64,000 bases of DNA from the NCBI GenBank assembly GCA_965214775.1, contig OZ243974.1:896001-960000 (forward strand), given 5' to 3'. Shown here piece after piece: positions 50,312 through 59,890 of the stretch. The stretch's first letter is position 1, and every line of letters begins with the position of its first letter. The notes beneath the pieces were generated by a model. The model had not been told where the DNA came from, searched no databases, and saw nothing but the letters and a program-made list of their open reading frames with translations. The translations under genes and the position numbers were made by a program. Source of the stretch: Nitrosopumilus sp. Its GTDB lineage: Archaea; Thermoproteota; Nitrososphaeria; Nitrososphaerales; Nitrosopumilaceae.

Positions 50312-50436
50312 TATAGCAACGGGTATAAGTCTTTGAGTCAAAGTAGGTCATAACTACACGTAAAAAACATCAATTATTTCTGCTCGTTGCTATAACTACA
50401 CGTAAAAAACATCAATTATTTCTGCTCGTTGCTATA
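50312..50436. mobile_element. MITE family B with duplicated 42-bp right end
   Basis: ACTACACGTAAAAAACATCAATTATTTCTGCTCGTTGCTATA present twice in tandem. Confidence 0.88.
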
Positions 50437-50445
50437 CATCTGCAA

Positions 50446-50536
50446 GTAAGAGTTTACCCCTCCCCCAAGATACGGCGTGGCAGGCGTGACCATGAAGGCT
50501 CCGGCCAGCAGTGCCGCCTGAGGGGTAAACTCTTAC
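50446..50536. mobile_element. MITE family F
   Basis: Full TIRs with 9-bp TSD CATCTGCAA. Confidence 0.93.
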
Positions 50537-50717
50537 CATCTGCAAAGACAGAGTATGAATATCTGTAGTTCCAAAATGCTGAAACGTTTGGATAGACTGC
50601 AGTCTGTCAAATATGTCACACTGCAAAACAACCAGTAACCACATAGGAATTGCCGGACTGGCTGTGACTTGCAGATCCTAACAGGAAGGAATCACTTGGG
50701 TATAAAATCAGCAGGAT

Positions 50718-51863
50718 CTAGAGGGCTTTGAGTTTTTCTTCGGCAGTTTTGAGTCCCGCTTGGGCATCTATATCATATCCCATCATTGCCAAGGTTGACG
50801 AGATTGCAGAGACGGTCCTCATTACATGGTACGGACTGACTTCACCCATACAGCCAACCCGGAAAACCTTGCCCTTAAGGTTCCCAAACCCGCCTGCAAC
50901 CAAAACTTTGAATTTGTCTGCAAGAGTATTTCTAAATGTCTTGTCTTCAAGACCGTCCAGGTAGTTTAACGCAACGATTGAAATTGAGCGATCTTCCTCT
51001 TTTGCAAACGGGGAAAGGCCCATTGCGCTTAGGCCCGAATACAAAGCGTCAGAACATACCTTGTGTCTGTTAAAGACATTTGGCAGTCCCTCCTCTAACA
51101 GGATGGACAGCGCTTCCCTGTATGCATAAAGCAACGGCAGTGCCGGTGTGAAAGGGGTATGCCTTTCTTCGTCATAATACTTGAAGTATCTTGCCAGGTT
51201 AAAGTACATCGTATTTGGGGGATTTTCAATCATGTATTTCTTGGCTTTGGCGCTGACAGAAATCGGCGAAATTCCCGGGGGTGCTGCAATGGCTTTCTGA
51301 GCGCCGGTCATGCATACGTCAACATTCCACTTGTCAACCGGAAGTGGCGCGCCGCCCAAAAGGGATACAGAATCAACCACATAAAATGCGTCATTTCTTG
51401 ATGTCAAATCAGACACCTTATCAAGATAGTTTACCATAGTGCCAGTCGATGTCTCGTTGTGAACAACGTAGAACGCCTTGACGTCCTTGTTATTGTCAAA
51501 TGCTTCCTTAACTTGATCAAATGTTGCGTTTTCACCCGGCGGAGTTTCAAGTTTTACGACGTTTGCGCCTTGTCCCTGGATTAACTGGGACAGCCTGTTA
51601 CTAAATTCGCCGTTTACAGGAATGATGACTTTGTCGCCTTTCTTGACAAGATTTACAACGCCGGCCTCAACTGCTCCGGTTCCCGATGCCGATAGCGCAA
51701 CAATATCATTTTTGGTTTCAAAGACTTGCCGGGTTTTGTCAACCACGTCGGTGTACAGTTCTACAAAATCATCACTACGGTGGTTAATGATCGGTGCAAG
51801 CATCGCCCTCATTACTCTATTAGGCACGTTTGTTGGGCCTGGAAGCATTGAAAGATATTCCAT
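50718..51863 (-). CDS. Class V aminotransferase (serine-pyruvate/alanine-glyoxylate type)
   Basis: LPGPTNV, SGTGAVE, HNETSTG, VDSVS, GAQKAIAAPPG, FRVGCMG. Confidence 0.93.
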   Translation of the reverse strand: MEYLSMLPGPTNVPNRVMRAMLAPIINHRSDDFVELYTDVVDKTRQVFETKNDIVALSASGTGAVEAGVVNLVKKGDKVIIPVNGEFSNRLSQLIQGQGANVVKLETPPGENATFDQVKEAFDNNKDVKAFYVVHNETSTGTMVNYLDKVSDLTSRNDAFYVVDSVSLLGGAPLPVDKWNVDVCMTGAQKAIAAPPGISPISVSAKAKKYMIENPPNTMYFNLARYFKYYDEERHTPFTPALPLLYAYREALSILLEEGLPNVFNRHKVCSDALYSGLSAMGLSPFAKEEDRSISIVALNYLDGLEDKTFRNTLADKFKVLVAGGFGNLKGKVFRVGCMGEVSPYHVMRTVSAISSTLAMMGYDIDAQAGLKTAEEKLKAL

Positions 51864-51902
51864 GATTGTCTAGAGTAGCTAGCATGCGGGGTTTATTTAT
51901 AA

Positions 51903-52403
51903 TTAGAGATTTTTCAAACGATCTTTGGCACTAGTTTGAATCAAAAAATTTTTTGTTCCTTCGGGAACCAAATGCTCCCATTTTTGATCACTGACAATCA
52001 AATTCCGGATATTGGTTCCAGACAGAACGTATCGGTCCAAAAATGGAATGGAAACAACCTGAACAGATCTTTTTGAATAAAGGTGATCTGTCAGCGGATC
52101 ATTTGAGAAGACGATCTGGAATTGAGGAACGATGCCGTCTATCATCTCAATCCATTTTACATGATCGTCCAGATCAGGAATCATGTAGATTGAAATTTTT
52201 TCTTTCATGAAATCGCCAATTGAAGATAAAATCATCTGTTTTCTTTCTTCGGCTGAAAATGGATCGTTTTTCTCCAGGGGTTTGTTTGAGCTTCCCAGTC
52301 CCAGCCACAGATTCTCAACTTTTGTCAGTGCGAATCTTAGTGCATCCAGATGCCCAAGGTGAAACGGCTGGAATCTTCCAATCAGCAAGCCATCCATAGC
52401 CAT
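51903..52403 (-). CDS. nadM: Nicotinamide-nucleotide adenylyltransferase
   Basis: GRFQPFHLGH, DPFSAEER, SGTNIR. Confidence 0.92.
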   Translation of the reverse strand: MAMDGLLIGRFQPFHLGHLDALRFALTKVENLWLGLGSSNKPLEKNDPFSAEERKQMILSSIGDFMKEKISIYMIPDLDDHVKWIEMIDGIVPQFQIVFSNDPLTDHLYSKRSVQVVSIPFLDRYVLSGTNIRNLIVSDQKWEHLVPEGTKNFLIQTSAKDRLKNL

Positions 52404-52458
52404 CTTTAGAAAACTGTTTTTAAAAAACTATCATAAACGGCAGTCTCACAAAAAAATT

Positions 52459-53493
52459 ATGGGCTTTGTGGAGATTAATGGCGGGCACGGGGATGGCGGA
52501 GGACAGATAGTCCGTTCAGCAATTACGCTGTCCTGTATTACAAAAAAGCCCGTGCATGTTGTAAATATTAGAAAAAACAGAAAGGTTGCAGGGCTCAGAC
52601 CGCAGCACGTTGCCGCCATCAGAATTTTGCAAAAAATTTCAAGCGCAAAAGTCACAGGGAACAAAACAGGATCAACTGAGCTGAGATTCATTCCAAAAGA
52701 GATCAATATCCGGACTCTAAACGAGGACGTTGGGACTGCCGGCAGCGTTTCATTAGTCATGCAGACAATTATTCCTCTTGCAATAGTTCTAAAAGAAAAA
52801 TTAAAAGTCAGGATCAGAGGCGGAACAGACGTCTTGTGGAGCCCAACGTCAAGCTATTCGGAGATAATTTTAAGAGAAGCCTTTGGAAGAATGGGATTGA
52901 AATTCTCACTAGAGACAGTCAAAAGAGGGTATTTTCCCAGGGGCGGCGGGGAGACAAGGTTGGAGGTTTTTCCTTCCAAGGTAGGCCCCGTCTTGTTTTC
53001 TGGACGGACATCAGGCGAGGTTACAATTTTGTGTACATTTTCAAAGATTGCAGCCGAGCAAATCTCAAGGGAGGTAAAAAAAATCGAGAGGAAAATCCGT
53101 GAAAATTTTTCAGTAAACGTAAAGATCAAGGAAGAAAAAGCAGCTGACTCGGGTTCTTCAATACTGGTGTACAGCATCGATGAAAAAACGGTTTTTGGCA
53201 TGGATTGCCTGTTTGATAAAAGAGATAATAGTTTTGATTTTGATGTGGAGGAATTCTTGGGAAATCCATATGCAATAGACGAAAACCTGGCAGACATGCT
53301 GGTATTGCCTGCTAGTTTGGCCTCGGGGAAGACGACTTTTGAGGTAAAAGAGATCACCCCGCATCTGGAAACAAACCTGTTTGTTACATCAAAAATCACA
53401 GGTTGCAGGTACGGGATTGGCAGATTGCCCACAGGATACCGGGTAATTGTCGAAGGGACGTCGTCATCGTCATCATACTCCGGCATCAAGTAA
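52459..53493 (+). CDS. rtcA: RNA 3'-terminal phosphate cyclase
   Basis: GDGGGQIVRSA, GLRPQH, GGTDV, RGYFPRGGG, HLETN. Confidence 0.92.
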   Translation: MGFVEINGGHGDGGGQIVRSAITLSCITKKPVHVVNIRKNRKVAGLRPQHVAAIRILQKISSAKVTGNKTGSTELRFIPKEINIRTLNEDVGTAGSVSLVMQTIIPLAIVLKEKLKVRIRGGTDVLWSPTSSYSEIILREAFGRMGLKFSLETVKRGYFPRGGGETRLEVFPSKVGPVLFSGRTSGEVTILCTFSKIAAEQISREVKKIERKIRENFSVNVKIKEEKAADSGSSILVYSIDEKTVFGMDCLFDKRDNSFDFDVEEFLGNPYAIDENLADMLVLPASLASGKTTFEVKEITPHLETNLFVTSKITGCRYGIGRLPTGYRVIVEGTSSSSSYSGIK

Positions 53494-53970
53494 TGCTGCA
53501 AAGAACAAAATTGCCACAGACAAGACAACGGTTACTTCACCAAGAATGATAATTTTTTTTCTTAGTCTTTGAATCTGTTCCTCAGGCATCTTATTTGACA
53601 TGATCCTGTCTTCCACGTCTTTTCGAATGACCCTGACATGCACTGCATAAGTAATGATTAGCAAGACAACAAGGATAATTTTTACAATCAGAAAGTGTCC
53701 GTAGCTTGTCTGAACAAGAATGTCAGGCTTGCCCAACAGCTGATGAGACGTGTAAAGTCCCGTGGCCATCAGAATTATCAGTGAGGGAACAGCTATTTTG
53801 TTAAATCGTCTTCCAACACGAATCATGATTTGCATTCTTTCTTCAATGGAATTTGACATGGTTTTGAGAATCGGAGAAAATACGATTCCAATAAACAATG
53901 AACCCCCAACCCAAATAGCTGCCGATACCAGATGAATCCACGTGATAATTGCCTGTTCCATGACAGCCAT
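53473..53970 (-). CDS. CopD/DUF4149-like membrane protein
   Basis: HLVSAAIWVGG, ATG, YG..L.VK; four TM helices. Confidence 0.8.
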   Translation of the reverse strand: MAVMEQAIITWIHLVSAAIWVGGSLFIGIVFSPILKTMSNSIEERMQIMIRVGRRFNKIAVPSLIILMATGLYTSHQLLGKPDILVQTSYGHFLIVKIILVVLLIITYAVHVRVIRKDVEDRIMSNKMPEEQIQRLRKKIIILGEVTVVLSVAILFFAALLDAGV

Positions 53971-54010
53971 GAAATGAGATGCTTCAAATCAAATATTATG
54001 TATTTGGATC

Positions 54011-54550
54011 TTGACAACCTTTTTTAGTTGTACGCAGTCTGATACCATTGAAATGGCATTACAAAGTAAAATGACAGTTTATGCTGCAATAGCAGGAGTT
54101 TTAGCATTAATGGGGGGAATTGTCTACTATGCCAGTTTAGATAATGCCGATCTTGAACAGGCAGCCATTGAATTAGACGACGTTGAATTAAGGGATGTCA
54201 ATATGCTCAAAAATCAAGCAAAGTTTGACGTCACTTTTCTGATAACCAATCCAAGTGAAAAGACATTCACGGTCTCACAGATAGGATATCAGTTGTATGG
54301 TGACGGTGTTTTGCTAGGATCAGGACAATACTCGACTGCAGACATTGCGTTGCCAGGACGGGCAGTGTTTTATCCAGGAGCCCAAGTCCCATTGAAGAGC
54401 ACGTTTGTTCTCAGCTTGTCAGAGGAAAACTCTGAGATCTACAATTCCATGATAAATGATCAGGTCACTGATTTCTCAGCAGACGGCAGTCTTACTACTG
54501 AAAGTTCTTGGAGCATAGTTGAGAAGGAATTTGAGACCAGACTAAGGTAG
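54011..54550 (+). CDS. Hypothetical LEA_2-like membrane-anchored protein
   Basis: N-terminal TM and F.ITNP..F....I.YQLY beta-sandwich pattern; start likely 54053 or 54071. Confidence 0.65.
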   Translation: MTTFFSCTQSDTIEMALQSKMTVYAAIAGVLALMGGIVYYASLDNADLEQAAIELDDVELRDVNMLKNQAKFDVTFLITNPSEKTFTVSQIGYQLYGDGVLLGSGQYSTADIALPGRAVFYPGAQVPLKSTFVLSLSEENSEIYNSMINDQVTDFSADGSLTTESSWSIVEKEFETRLR

Positions 54551-54554
54551 GGAG

Positions 54555-54628
54555 TGGGCCGAGAGAGATTCGAACTCACGATCACCGCCGTGTCGAGGCG
54601 GTATCCTAACCAGCTAGACTACCGGCCC
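54555..54628 (-). tRNA. tRNA-Val(GAC)
   Basis: GGGCCGG acceptor, anticodon arm CCGCC-TCGACAC-GGCGG, T-loop GTTCGAATC. Confidence 0.95.
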
Positions 54629-54715
54629 ATTGAAGTACAAGACCAGATACAGGCATTATTAACGTTTAACAAAAGAAAGAAAGGTCGAATAAAAAGAGAA
54701 AAAGGCGTGAAACAG

Positions 54716-55426
54716 TTGACTGGAGATTTTACCGAAAGCGAGAAAAACGGATTCTACAAGGCAATCTATTCCAGAAGAGACGTCAGATCTCATTTTATCT
54801 CTAAAACGATTGAAGATGAAAAGCTGTCAAAAATCCTGCATGCAGCTCATCATGCCCCGTCTGTAGGATTTTCTCAACCATGGAATTTTATTTTAATTAA
54901 AAATTCCGAAACTAAAAAGAGAATCAAAGAGTCGTTTGAAAGAGAAAAGGACCGTTCGTCCCAATTGGTTGAAGAGCCAAAAAGATCAAGATATCTTTCA
55001 TTCAAACTAGAGGGAATACTGGAATCCCCGGTAAATCTCTGTGTTACTTATGATCCATCAAAATTTGGTCCTTTTGTCATAGGGCGCTCAAGCATTCCAG
55101 AGGCGGGCCTATACAGCGTCTGCTGTGCAATTCAGAATTTATGGCTGGCATCCAGAACAGAAGGAATAGGACTGGGATGGGTAAGCATTTTGTCAAATGA
55201 TACATTGAAGGAGGTTTTGGACTTGCCTGAGCATGTTGTTCCTGTAGCATACTTGTGTCTGGGATATGTTAACGAGTTTGCAGACAAGCCGGATCTTGAA
55301 ACCTCAGGATGGCTGCCAAGATTGGAACTAAAGGATGTCGTATATTTTGAAAAATGGAACAAGCAGGAAGATTCCGGTTGGGAAGGCATTTCAGAGTTAA
55401 TTAAAGAAAATCTTGATTACGCTTAA
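54716..55426 (+). CDS. bluB: 5,6-dimethylbenzimidazole synthase
   Basis: RRDVR, AAHHAPSVGFSQPWNF, KLEGI, YSVCCAIQNLWLA..EG.G.GWVSI. Confidence 0.93.
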   Translation: MTGDFTESEKNGFYKAIYSRRDVRSHFISKTIEDEKLSKILHAAHHAPSVGFSQPWNFILIKNSETKKRIKESFEREKDRSSQLVEEPKRSRYLSFKLEGILESPVNLCVTYDPSKFGPFVIGRSSIPEAGLYSVCCAIQNLWLASRTEGIGLGWVSILSNDTLKEVLDLPEHVVPVAYLCLGYVNEFADKPDLETSGWLPRLELKDVVYFEKWNKQEDSGWEGISELIKENLDYA

Positions 55427-55451
55427 ATAATTAAGAATGTCTTTTTGTGCT

Positions 55452-55544
55452 GGGCTTGTGGCGCAGAGTCGATTTGACGCGAAACATGGATAGCGCAGTA
55501 GCCTCCTAAGTTACAGATCGAGGGATCGAAGCCCTCCAAGCCCG
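55452..55544 (+). tRNA. tRNA-Arg(CCT) with an approximately 19-nt D-loop intron
   Basis: GGGCTTG/CAAGCCC acceptor, anticodon arm GTAGC-CTCCTAA-GTTAC, extra AGTCGATTTGACGCGAAAC in the D-loop. Confidence 0.88.
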
Positions 55545-55589
55545 TTAAAAAATTTGGAAATTTAAATACAAAGACAGGTTGTTCATTGT

Positions 55590-56117
55590 ATGAAAGTAGT
55601 CGTGATTTCAGGAAGTCCAAGAAAAACAGCCAATACCCAATCTGTCATGAAATATGTTTACGAGTATGCAAGGACAAAAAATCAGGATACAAAGCTGATC
55701 AATCTGTCTGACGGTCAGGTTGAATGCTATAAAGGACCTGATGAAGACTACAACCAGGCAACAGTCGAGGCTGCAGATGATCTGATGAACGCAGATGTCT
55801 GGCTAATTGGCACCCCGATCTATAATTCATTTTTTAGCTCGGCCCTGAAAAATCTCTTCGAGTATGTGAATTACAAAAAAACAGAGGGCAAGGTTGCAGG
55901 AATGACAATTCTTGCATCAGGACAGATAGGGTTTACCGACGTCCAAACCTTGCTTACCCAGTTGCTTTCATATTTCAGAGTCATTACAAATCCCAAAGCT
56001 GTCTTCCTAACGACAGAATCAATTTCTGAAAATTCTGTTTCTGATGCCGATGCCCAAAACAGACTAGAGCAGATGGTCGATGAAACGTTGGAAATTGCAT
56101 CTAAATTAGGAAGGTGA
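55590..56117 (+). CDS. NADPH-dependent FMN reductase
   Basis: ISGSPRK, GTPIYN....LKN. Confidence 0.88.
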   Translation: MKVVVISGSPRKTANTQSVMKYVYEYARTKNQDTKLINLSDGQVECYKGPDEDYNQATVEAADDLMNADVWLIGTPIYNSFFSSALKNLFEYVNYKKTEGKVAGMTILASGQIGFTDVQTLLTQLLSYFRVITNPKAVFLTTESISENSVSDADAQNRLEQMVDETLEIASKLGR

Positions 56118-56330
56118 TTTTTGACAGATTGCCAGTCAGAAAGACGTCTTGAAGCCAGGAAAATTCTTTTGACAGATTTTTAATGAGGTCTTGATTTTCA
56201 TTGGGACGAGAGCCCGTATTCCAAAAAGAAGATCATCTGCAAGACAACGGATTTGGACAAACTCGGTGTTTCTGATATGATGAAAATCAAAATGAAAAAG
56301 CCAAATATAATGAATCGTTAAAAGGTTTCA

Positions 56331-56465
56331 ATGGATCTGGTGGAGGAGGAGGAGGAGCCAACGCAAGCCTGCTCATGTAAATGCCATTTTGGCGGGGCCG
56401 TCAGTTGTCCTGGCTGTAAAAGCAATCACAGAACAGTGACTACATGCTCCCACTGTAACAAATAG
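56331..56465 (+). CDS. Small Cys/His-rich protein (44 aa)
   Basis: MDLVEEEEEPTQACSCKCHFGGAVSCPGCKSNHRTVTTCSHCNK, AATATAA upstream, not in the ORF track. Confidence 0.6.
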   Translation: MDLVEEEEEPTQACSCKCHFGGAVSCPGCKSNHRTVTTCSHCNK

Positions 56466-56467
56466 TT

Positions 56468-56953
56468 CTATTTTCCTCTGGCTTTTCGTTCGGATGCAGC
56501 AAGCGTTTTGAGATTTGCAAGTTCCGTTTTCAATGATTCAATTTGCACAAGCGTCTGCAAATTAGATATCTCTTGGTTTAGTCTTTCGATCTCACTGTCT
56601 TTAATCTTGACAGATTCTTTAAGATCGTTTAGTTCCGCAGACAGCTCGTTTTGGGATTGTCTGATTTCCGTCAGGCTGACTTGTGAGCCAGAAGTTGCGG
56701 TTTGAACAGTCTCTGTGCTACTCGAGCTTTTTTTTTCGCCGTCAGTATGAGACGGAGCATGACTGTGCATGTAATCGGCGCTTTTTTGTGAAATCCAACA
56801 TGTGAAGACCAGAAACCACGTGATGGGAACTGCCATAATGAAAACAAAGTTCAATATGGGCGCAAAGTCCACAAAGTATGGCCACAATCCGGTAAGAACT
56901 GCGGCAAAAACTCCCGTGGTAATTGTTGCCAGATGATTTCCCAGATACCCCAC
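56468..56953 (-). CDS. Hypothetical two-TM plus coiled-coil protein
   Basis: Hydrophobic N-terminus and heptad-rich C-terminus. Confidence 0.75.
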   Translation of the reverse strand: MGYLGNHLATITTGVFAAVLTGLWPYFVDFAPILNFVFIMAVPITWFLVFTCWISQKSADYMHSHAPSHTDGEKKSSSSTETVQTATSGSQVSLTEIRQSQNELSAELNDLKESVKIKDSEIERLNQEISNLQTLVQIESLKTELANLKTLAASERKARGK

Positions 56954-57043
56954 AAAATAGTTGGAAAAATCATTGTTTATAACAGTAATGCCGGCATCGT
57001 CCGCCTGCGCCGAGAATATAAGTAAAAAGAAAAAGGAAACCGT

Positions 57044-57268
57044 TTATTGGTCTTCCTCAGCAGCTGCCTTGGGCAGATCTGATTGTAGAATTTGGATTTT
57101 CTCTAGTAGTTCGGTTCTCAGATCCCTTGCAACTCGTCTGACTGTCGGCCTTGGAACGCCGAGTTCGTCAACAACCCTGCTGTAGATATCTTGCTTGTCG
57201 GTCACCCCTTTGTCAAGATGAGAATTAATTGCTTCTTTAATGATTGTACTTTGGTTTGTACGATTCAA
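57044..57268 (-). CDS. Small HTH-like hypothetical protein
   Basis: VVDELGVPRPTVRRVARDL; TATA-like element upstream. Confidence 0.7.
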   Translation of the reverse strand: MNRTNQSTIIKEAINSHLDKGVTDKQDIYSRVVDELGVPRPTVRRVARDLRTELLEKIQILQSDLPKAAAEEDQ

Positions 57269-57511
57269 CGAATTCTAAATTCTAGTTGTTCTATATAAGA
57301 CTATAACTTTTGAAAATATCAGAATGTCATTTCTGAAAATTGCAGATTTCTATTTTAAAAAAATAAATAATTGTCAAAGTCCCAACTCTAAAAATCGATC
57401 AGCGAAAAACGTACTGGGAACTATGAATTTTTCACCGTACTCTGTGTATCTATGAAAAATTCCAAGTGTGATTTCACAAGACTCTTATGATAAGAGACCG
57501 GATCGTTCCTA

Positions 57512-57988
57512 ATGGCAACAGCTAATATTGAAACAAGTTTTGGAAAGATTTCATTTGACCTATTACCCGAATTAGCGCCTGAAACTGTGAGAAACTTTGA
57601 GAAACTAGCAAGGGAGGGATTCTATGACGGAACCCTCTTTCACAGAGTCATTCCCGGATTCATGATTCAGGGAGGAGATCCCAATACAAAGACAGACAAC
57701 AAGGGCTCATGGGGCACGGGAGGGCCGGGATATACTATTAAAGCAGAATTCAGCTCACGTTCACATCTGAGAGGCATAGTTTCTATGGCCAGAGCGCAAG
57801 ATCCGGACAGTGCAGGCTCGCAATTTTTCATTGTGACATCAGACAGTACCTTTCTAGACAGGCAATACACCGTGTTTGGCAGAGTCACAGAAGGAATGGA
57901 TGTTGCAGACAAAATCGTCAGTCTTGACAGGGATGGCAGTGACTGCCCTCTAGAGAAGGCACAGATAGTTCATGTAACTGTGAAATAA
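57512..57988 (+). CDS. Cyclophilin-type peptidyl-prolyl isomerase
   Basis: FYDGTLFHRVIPGFMIQGGDP, SMAR, SAGSQFFI, YTVFG. Confidence 0.95.
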   Translation: MATANIETSFGKISFDLLPELAPETVRNFEKLAREGFYDGTLFHRVIPGFMIQGGDPNTKTDNKGSWGTGGPGYTIKAEFSSRSHLRGIVSMARAQDPDSAGSQFFIVTSDSTFLDRQYTVFGRVTEGMDVADKIVSLDRDGSDCPLEKAQIVHVTVK

Positions 57989-58930
57989 ATGGAAAGGAAA
58001 ATTTTTTCGCTTTTATTCATCGTATCTTTGATTCTCATAATTCCGCCCATTTCAGCCCAAGAATTCACAATCAGTGAAAAGGCAGATCAGAGATCAGTCC
58101 AGGTAGAAATTAATGAAGACGGGGAAATTCAGGTAAAGCATGTTGTAAGATCTTCAAGTTCTGCCAAACAGTTAGGCTTGCTGGATGGCACCATCAAAAA
58201 TTTATCAATTTCAGATGAAGACGGAAATGAGAGAACGCTTGCAACAATTGGCGACACCAATACAGTATTAATTCTGCCCTCAAACAGAGATTCAGTTATC
58301 AAATATCAGCTGGAAGGTGCTTTAGAATTTAAAAATGACTACTGGACATTGGATTTCCTGTATCTGGAATCAACGACATTCATAATGCCAGAAAATTTGG
58401 AATCAATCTATGTAAACGACAGGATAATAAACCTTGGAGAAAAAAGGGGGTTTGTCTGTCATGGATGCCAAATGGTACTAGAATACTCGTATGATGAGCC
58501 AAGCATTATCAAGAATGTAAAATGGGAGGACAGGGAGTTTGACGTGGAAATTATTTCATTTACAAAAATTAACGAGCTGGTTTTTGATCAGCCTTCAAAA
58601 AGCATGACTATAGATGTTGACGGGGAGGATAAATTTTTGACGGTTGTTATTCCGTTGGAACTGTTGTGGGAGCCGTACACCGTAATTTCTGACAATGAGA
58701 AGATTGTTGTAAGAACGGTAAACAATAACGGGACTCATGTTTGGCTGAACATGAGACCGGACACTTCTGGAGAAATCAGCATAATCGGGACCACCGTTGT
58801 TCCTGAATTTCCAATAATTGCCCCTCTTCTTGTAGCAGGGTTTTTGCTGATTCTAGCATTGCCACTTGTAAAAAAGCTCAGTCTCCACCACCAGAACCAC
58901 AAGAACAAAATCCATATTCGTCTATCCTAG
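57989..58930 (+). CDS. Secreted protein with PEF/PEFG-CTERM-like sorting signal
   Basis: Signal peptide; IIGTTVVPEFP followed by TM and basic tail. Confidence 0.8.
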   Translation: MERKIFSLLFIVSLILIIPPISAQEFTISEKADQRSVQVEINEDGEIQVKHVVRSSSSAKQLGLLDGTIKNLSISDEDGNERTLATIGDTNTVLILPSNRDSVIKYQLEGALEFKNDYWTLDFLYLESTTFIMPENLESIYVNDRIINLGEKRGFVCHGCQMVLEYSYDEPSIIKNVKWEDREFDVEIISFTKINELVFDQPSKSMTIDVDGEDKFLTVVIPLELLWEPYTVISDNEKIVVRTVNNNGTHVWLNMRPDTSGEISIIGTTVVPEFPIIAPLLVAGFLLILALPLVKKLSLHHQNHKNKIHIRLS

Positions 58931-59036
58931 TATCACAAACCGGGCACTTTTCCCCATAATCTACTTCCCACGGCTCTTTTCCAAACAATCTAAAGTGATC
59001 GTCAATTTCTACGGGAATCTCTCGCTTTTTTTCCAA
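58878..59036 (-). CDS. Small zinc-finger-like protein (52 aa)
   Basis: TTG start; EKKREIPVEIDDHFRLFGKEPWEVDYGEKCPVCDTRIDEYGFCSCGSGGGD; not in the ORF track. Confidence 0.65.
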   Translation of the reverse strand: MEKKREIPVEIDDHFRLFGKEPWEVDYGEKCPVCDTRIDEYGFCSCGSGGGD

Positions 59037-59089
59037 TAAACTGTACAAGTATGCCAAGCATAGATATAAGTTCTCAGAGAGGGGTTAAA

Positions 59090-59293
59090 GTGGCAGGCAA
59101 CAGAATGTGTCCGTCATCATTGCAGTGCAAGAGTGCCAGTCGAGTCCCGGCTAACAGGAAACATGGGAAAGTCGGATATTTTGACGTGCATCACACGTGT
59201 AATCAACACAATGCACGTTTTGACCGCCTGGACTGCCAGGTCTTTGAAAAATGTGAAAAGCGTGATTGTTATTGTTGTTGTTCTATGCAATAA
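59090..59293 (+). CDS. Small Cys-rich protein (67 aa, 9 Cys)
   Basis: GTG start after GATATAAG; ends KCEKRDCYCCCSMQ. Confidence 0.5.
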   Translation: MAGNRMCPSSLQCKSASRVPANRKHGKVGYFDVHHTCNQHNARFDRLDCQVFEKCEKRDCYCCCSMQ

Positions 59294-59759
59294 TTTGTTC
59301 TTCAACAAAATAATGCGTTCTATTGCCGCTAGAATTTTTCATTATTTCTTTGTTTGAGGCCATTTTTGCCAGGGCCTTTGAAACATCTAACGGGCTTGCA
59401 GACCACCCGTATTCCCTTAATTGTTCTACAGTTTCAGTCACTGTCCTTGGAGAGTCAAAGAACCTGCCTGTTTCCAAAATTCTCAGCTTGGACTTGATTT
59501 CTCTCTGATTGATGAATCTAGGCTTGTTGAACTCAGGCTCGAACGCTTCGGCATCATCAAGATGTTCCAAGCCAAACTGTGCAGGTTCGGATTCCCGGGT
59601 TTCTTGTGCGGCAGTTTCATAAACAATTTGGGCCTTGTTTTCAGGCAAGTGGCTGGAAAGACTTTCAATCACCTTACCAACTGTTTGGTTGTCAACATAG
59701 AAATCTCTGGAATCGACCTCAATCTCGTTCTCCCCACGCCTTAGTTTTATCCTAGCCAA
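59283..59759 (-). CDS. Hypothetical protein with C-terminal winged-helix-like domain
   Basis: RIKLRRGENEIEVD; FFDSPRTV.E....L...GW. Confidence 0.75.
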   Translation of the reverse strand: MARIKLRRGENEIEVDSRDFYVDNQTVGKVIESLSSHLPENKAQIVYETAAQETRESEPAQFGLEHLDDAEAFEPEFNKPRFINQREIKSKLRILETGRFFDSPRTVTETVEQLREYGWSASPLDVSKALAKMASNKEIMKNSSGNRTHYFVEEQIIA

Positions 59760-59890
59760 TGAAAAATATTCGGTTAGTTTTGATTTATTTTGCTAGCTCT
59801 AAGTAGATTTAAGATTAGATCAAAACTTTTACACAAGTAATTTGGTTTTTTTTCCATTTGAGTTAAAATGCAATTTTGTAATAATTAGGC

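Noticed and set aside
54554-54715. N-terminal extension of BluB in the ORF track
   Set aside because: It overlaps tRNA-Val on the opposite strand; BluB similarity begins near 54716.
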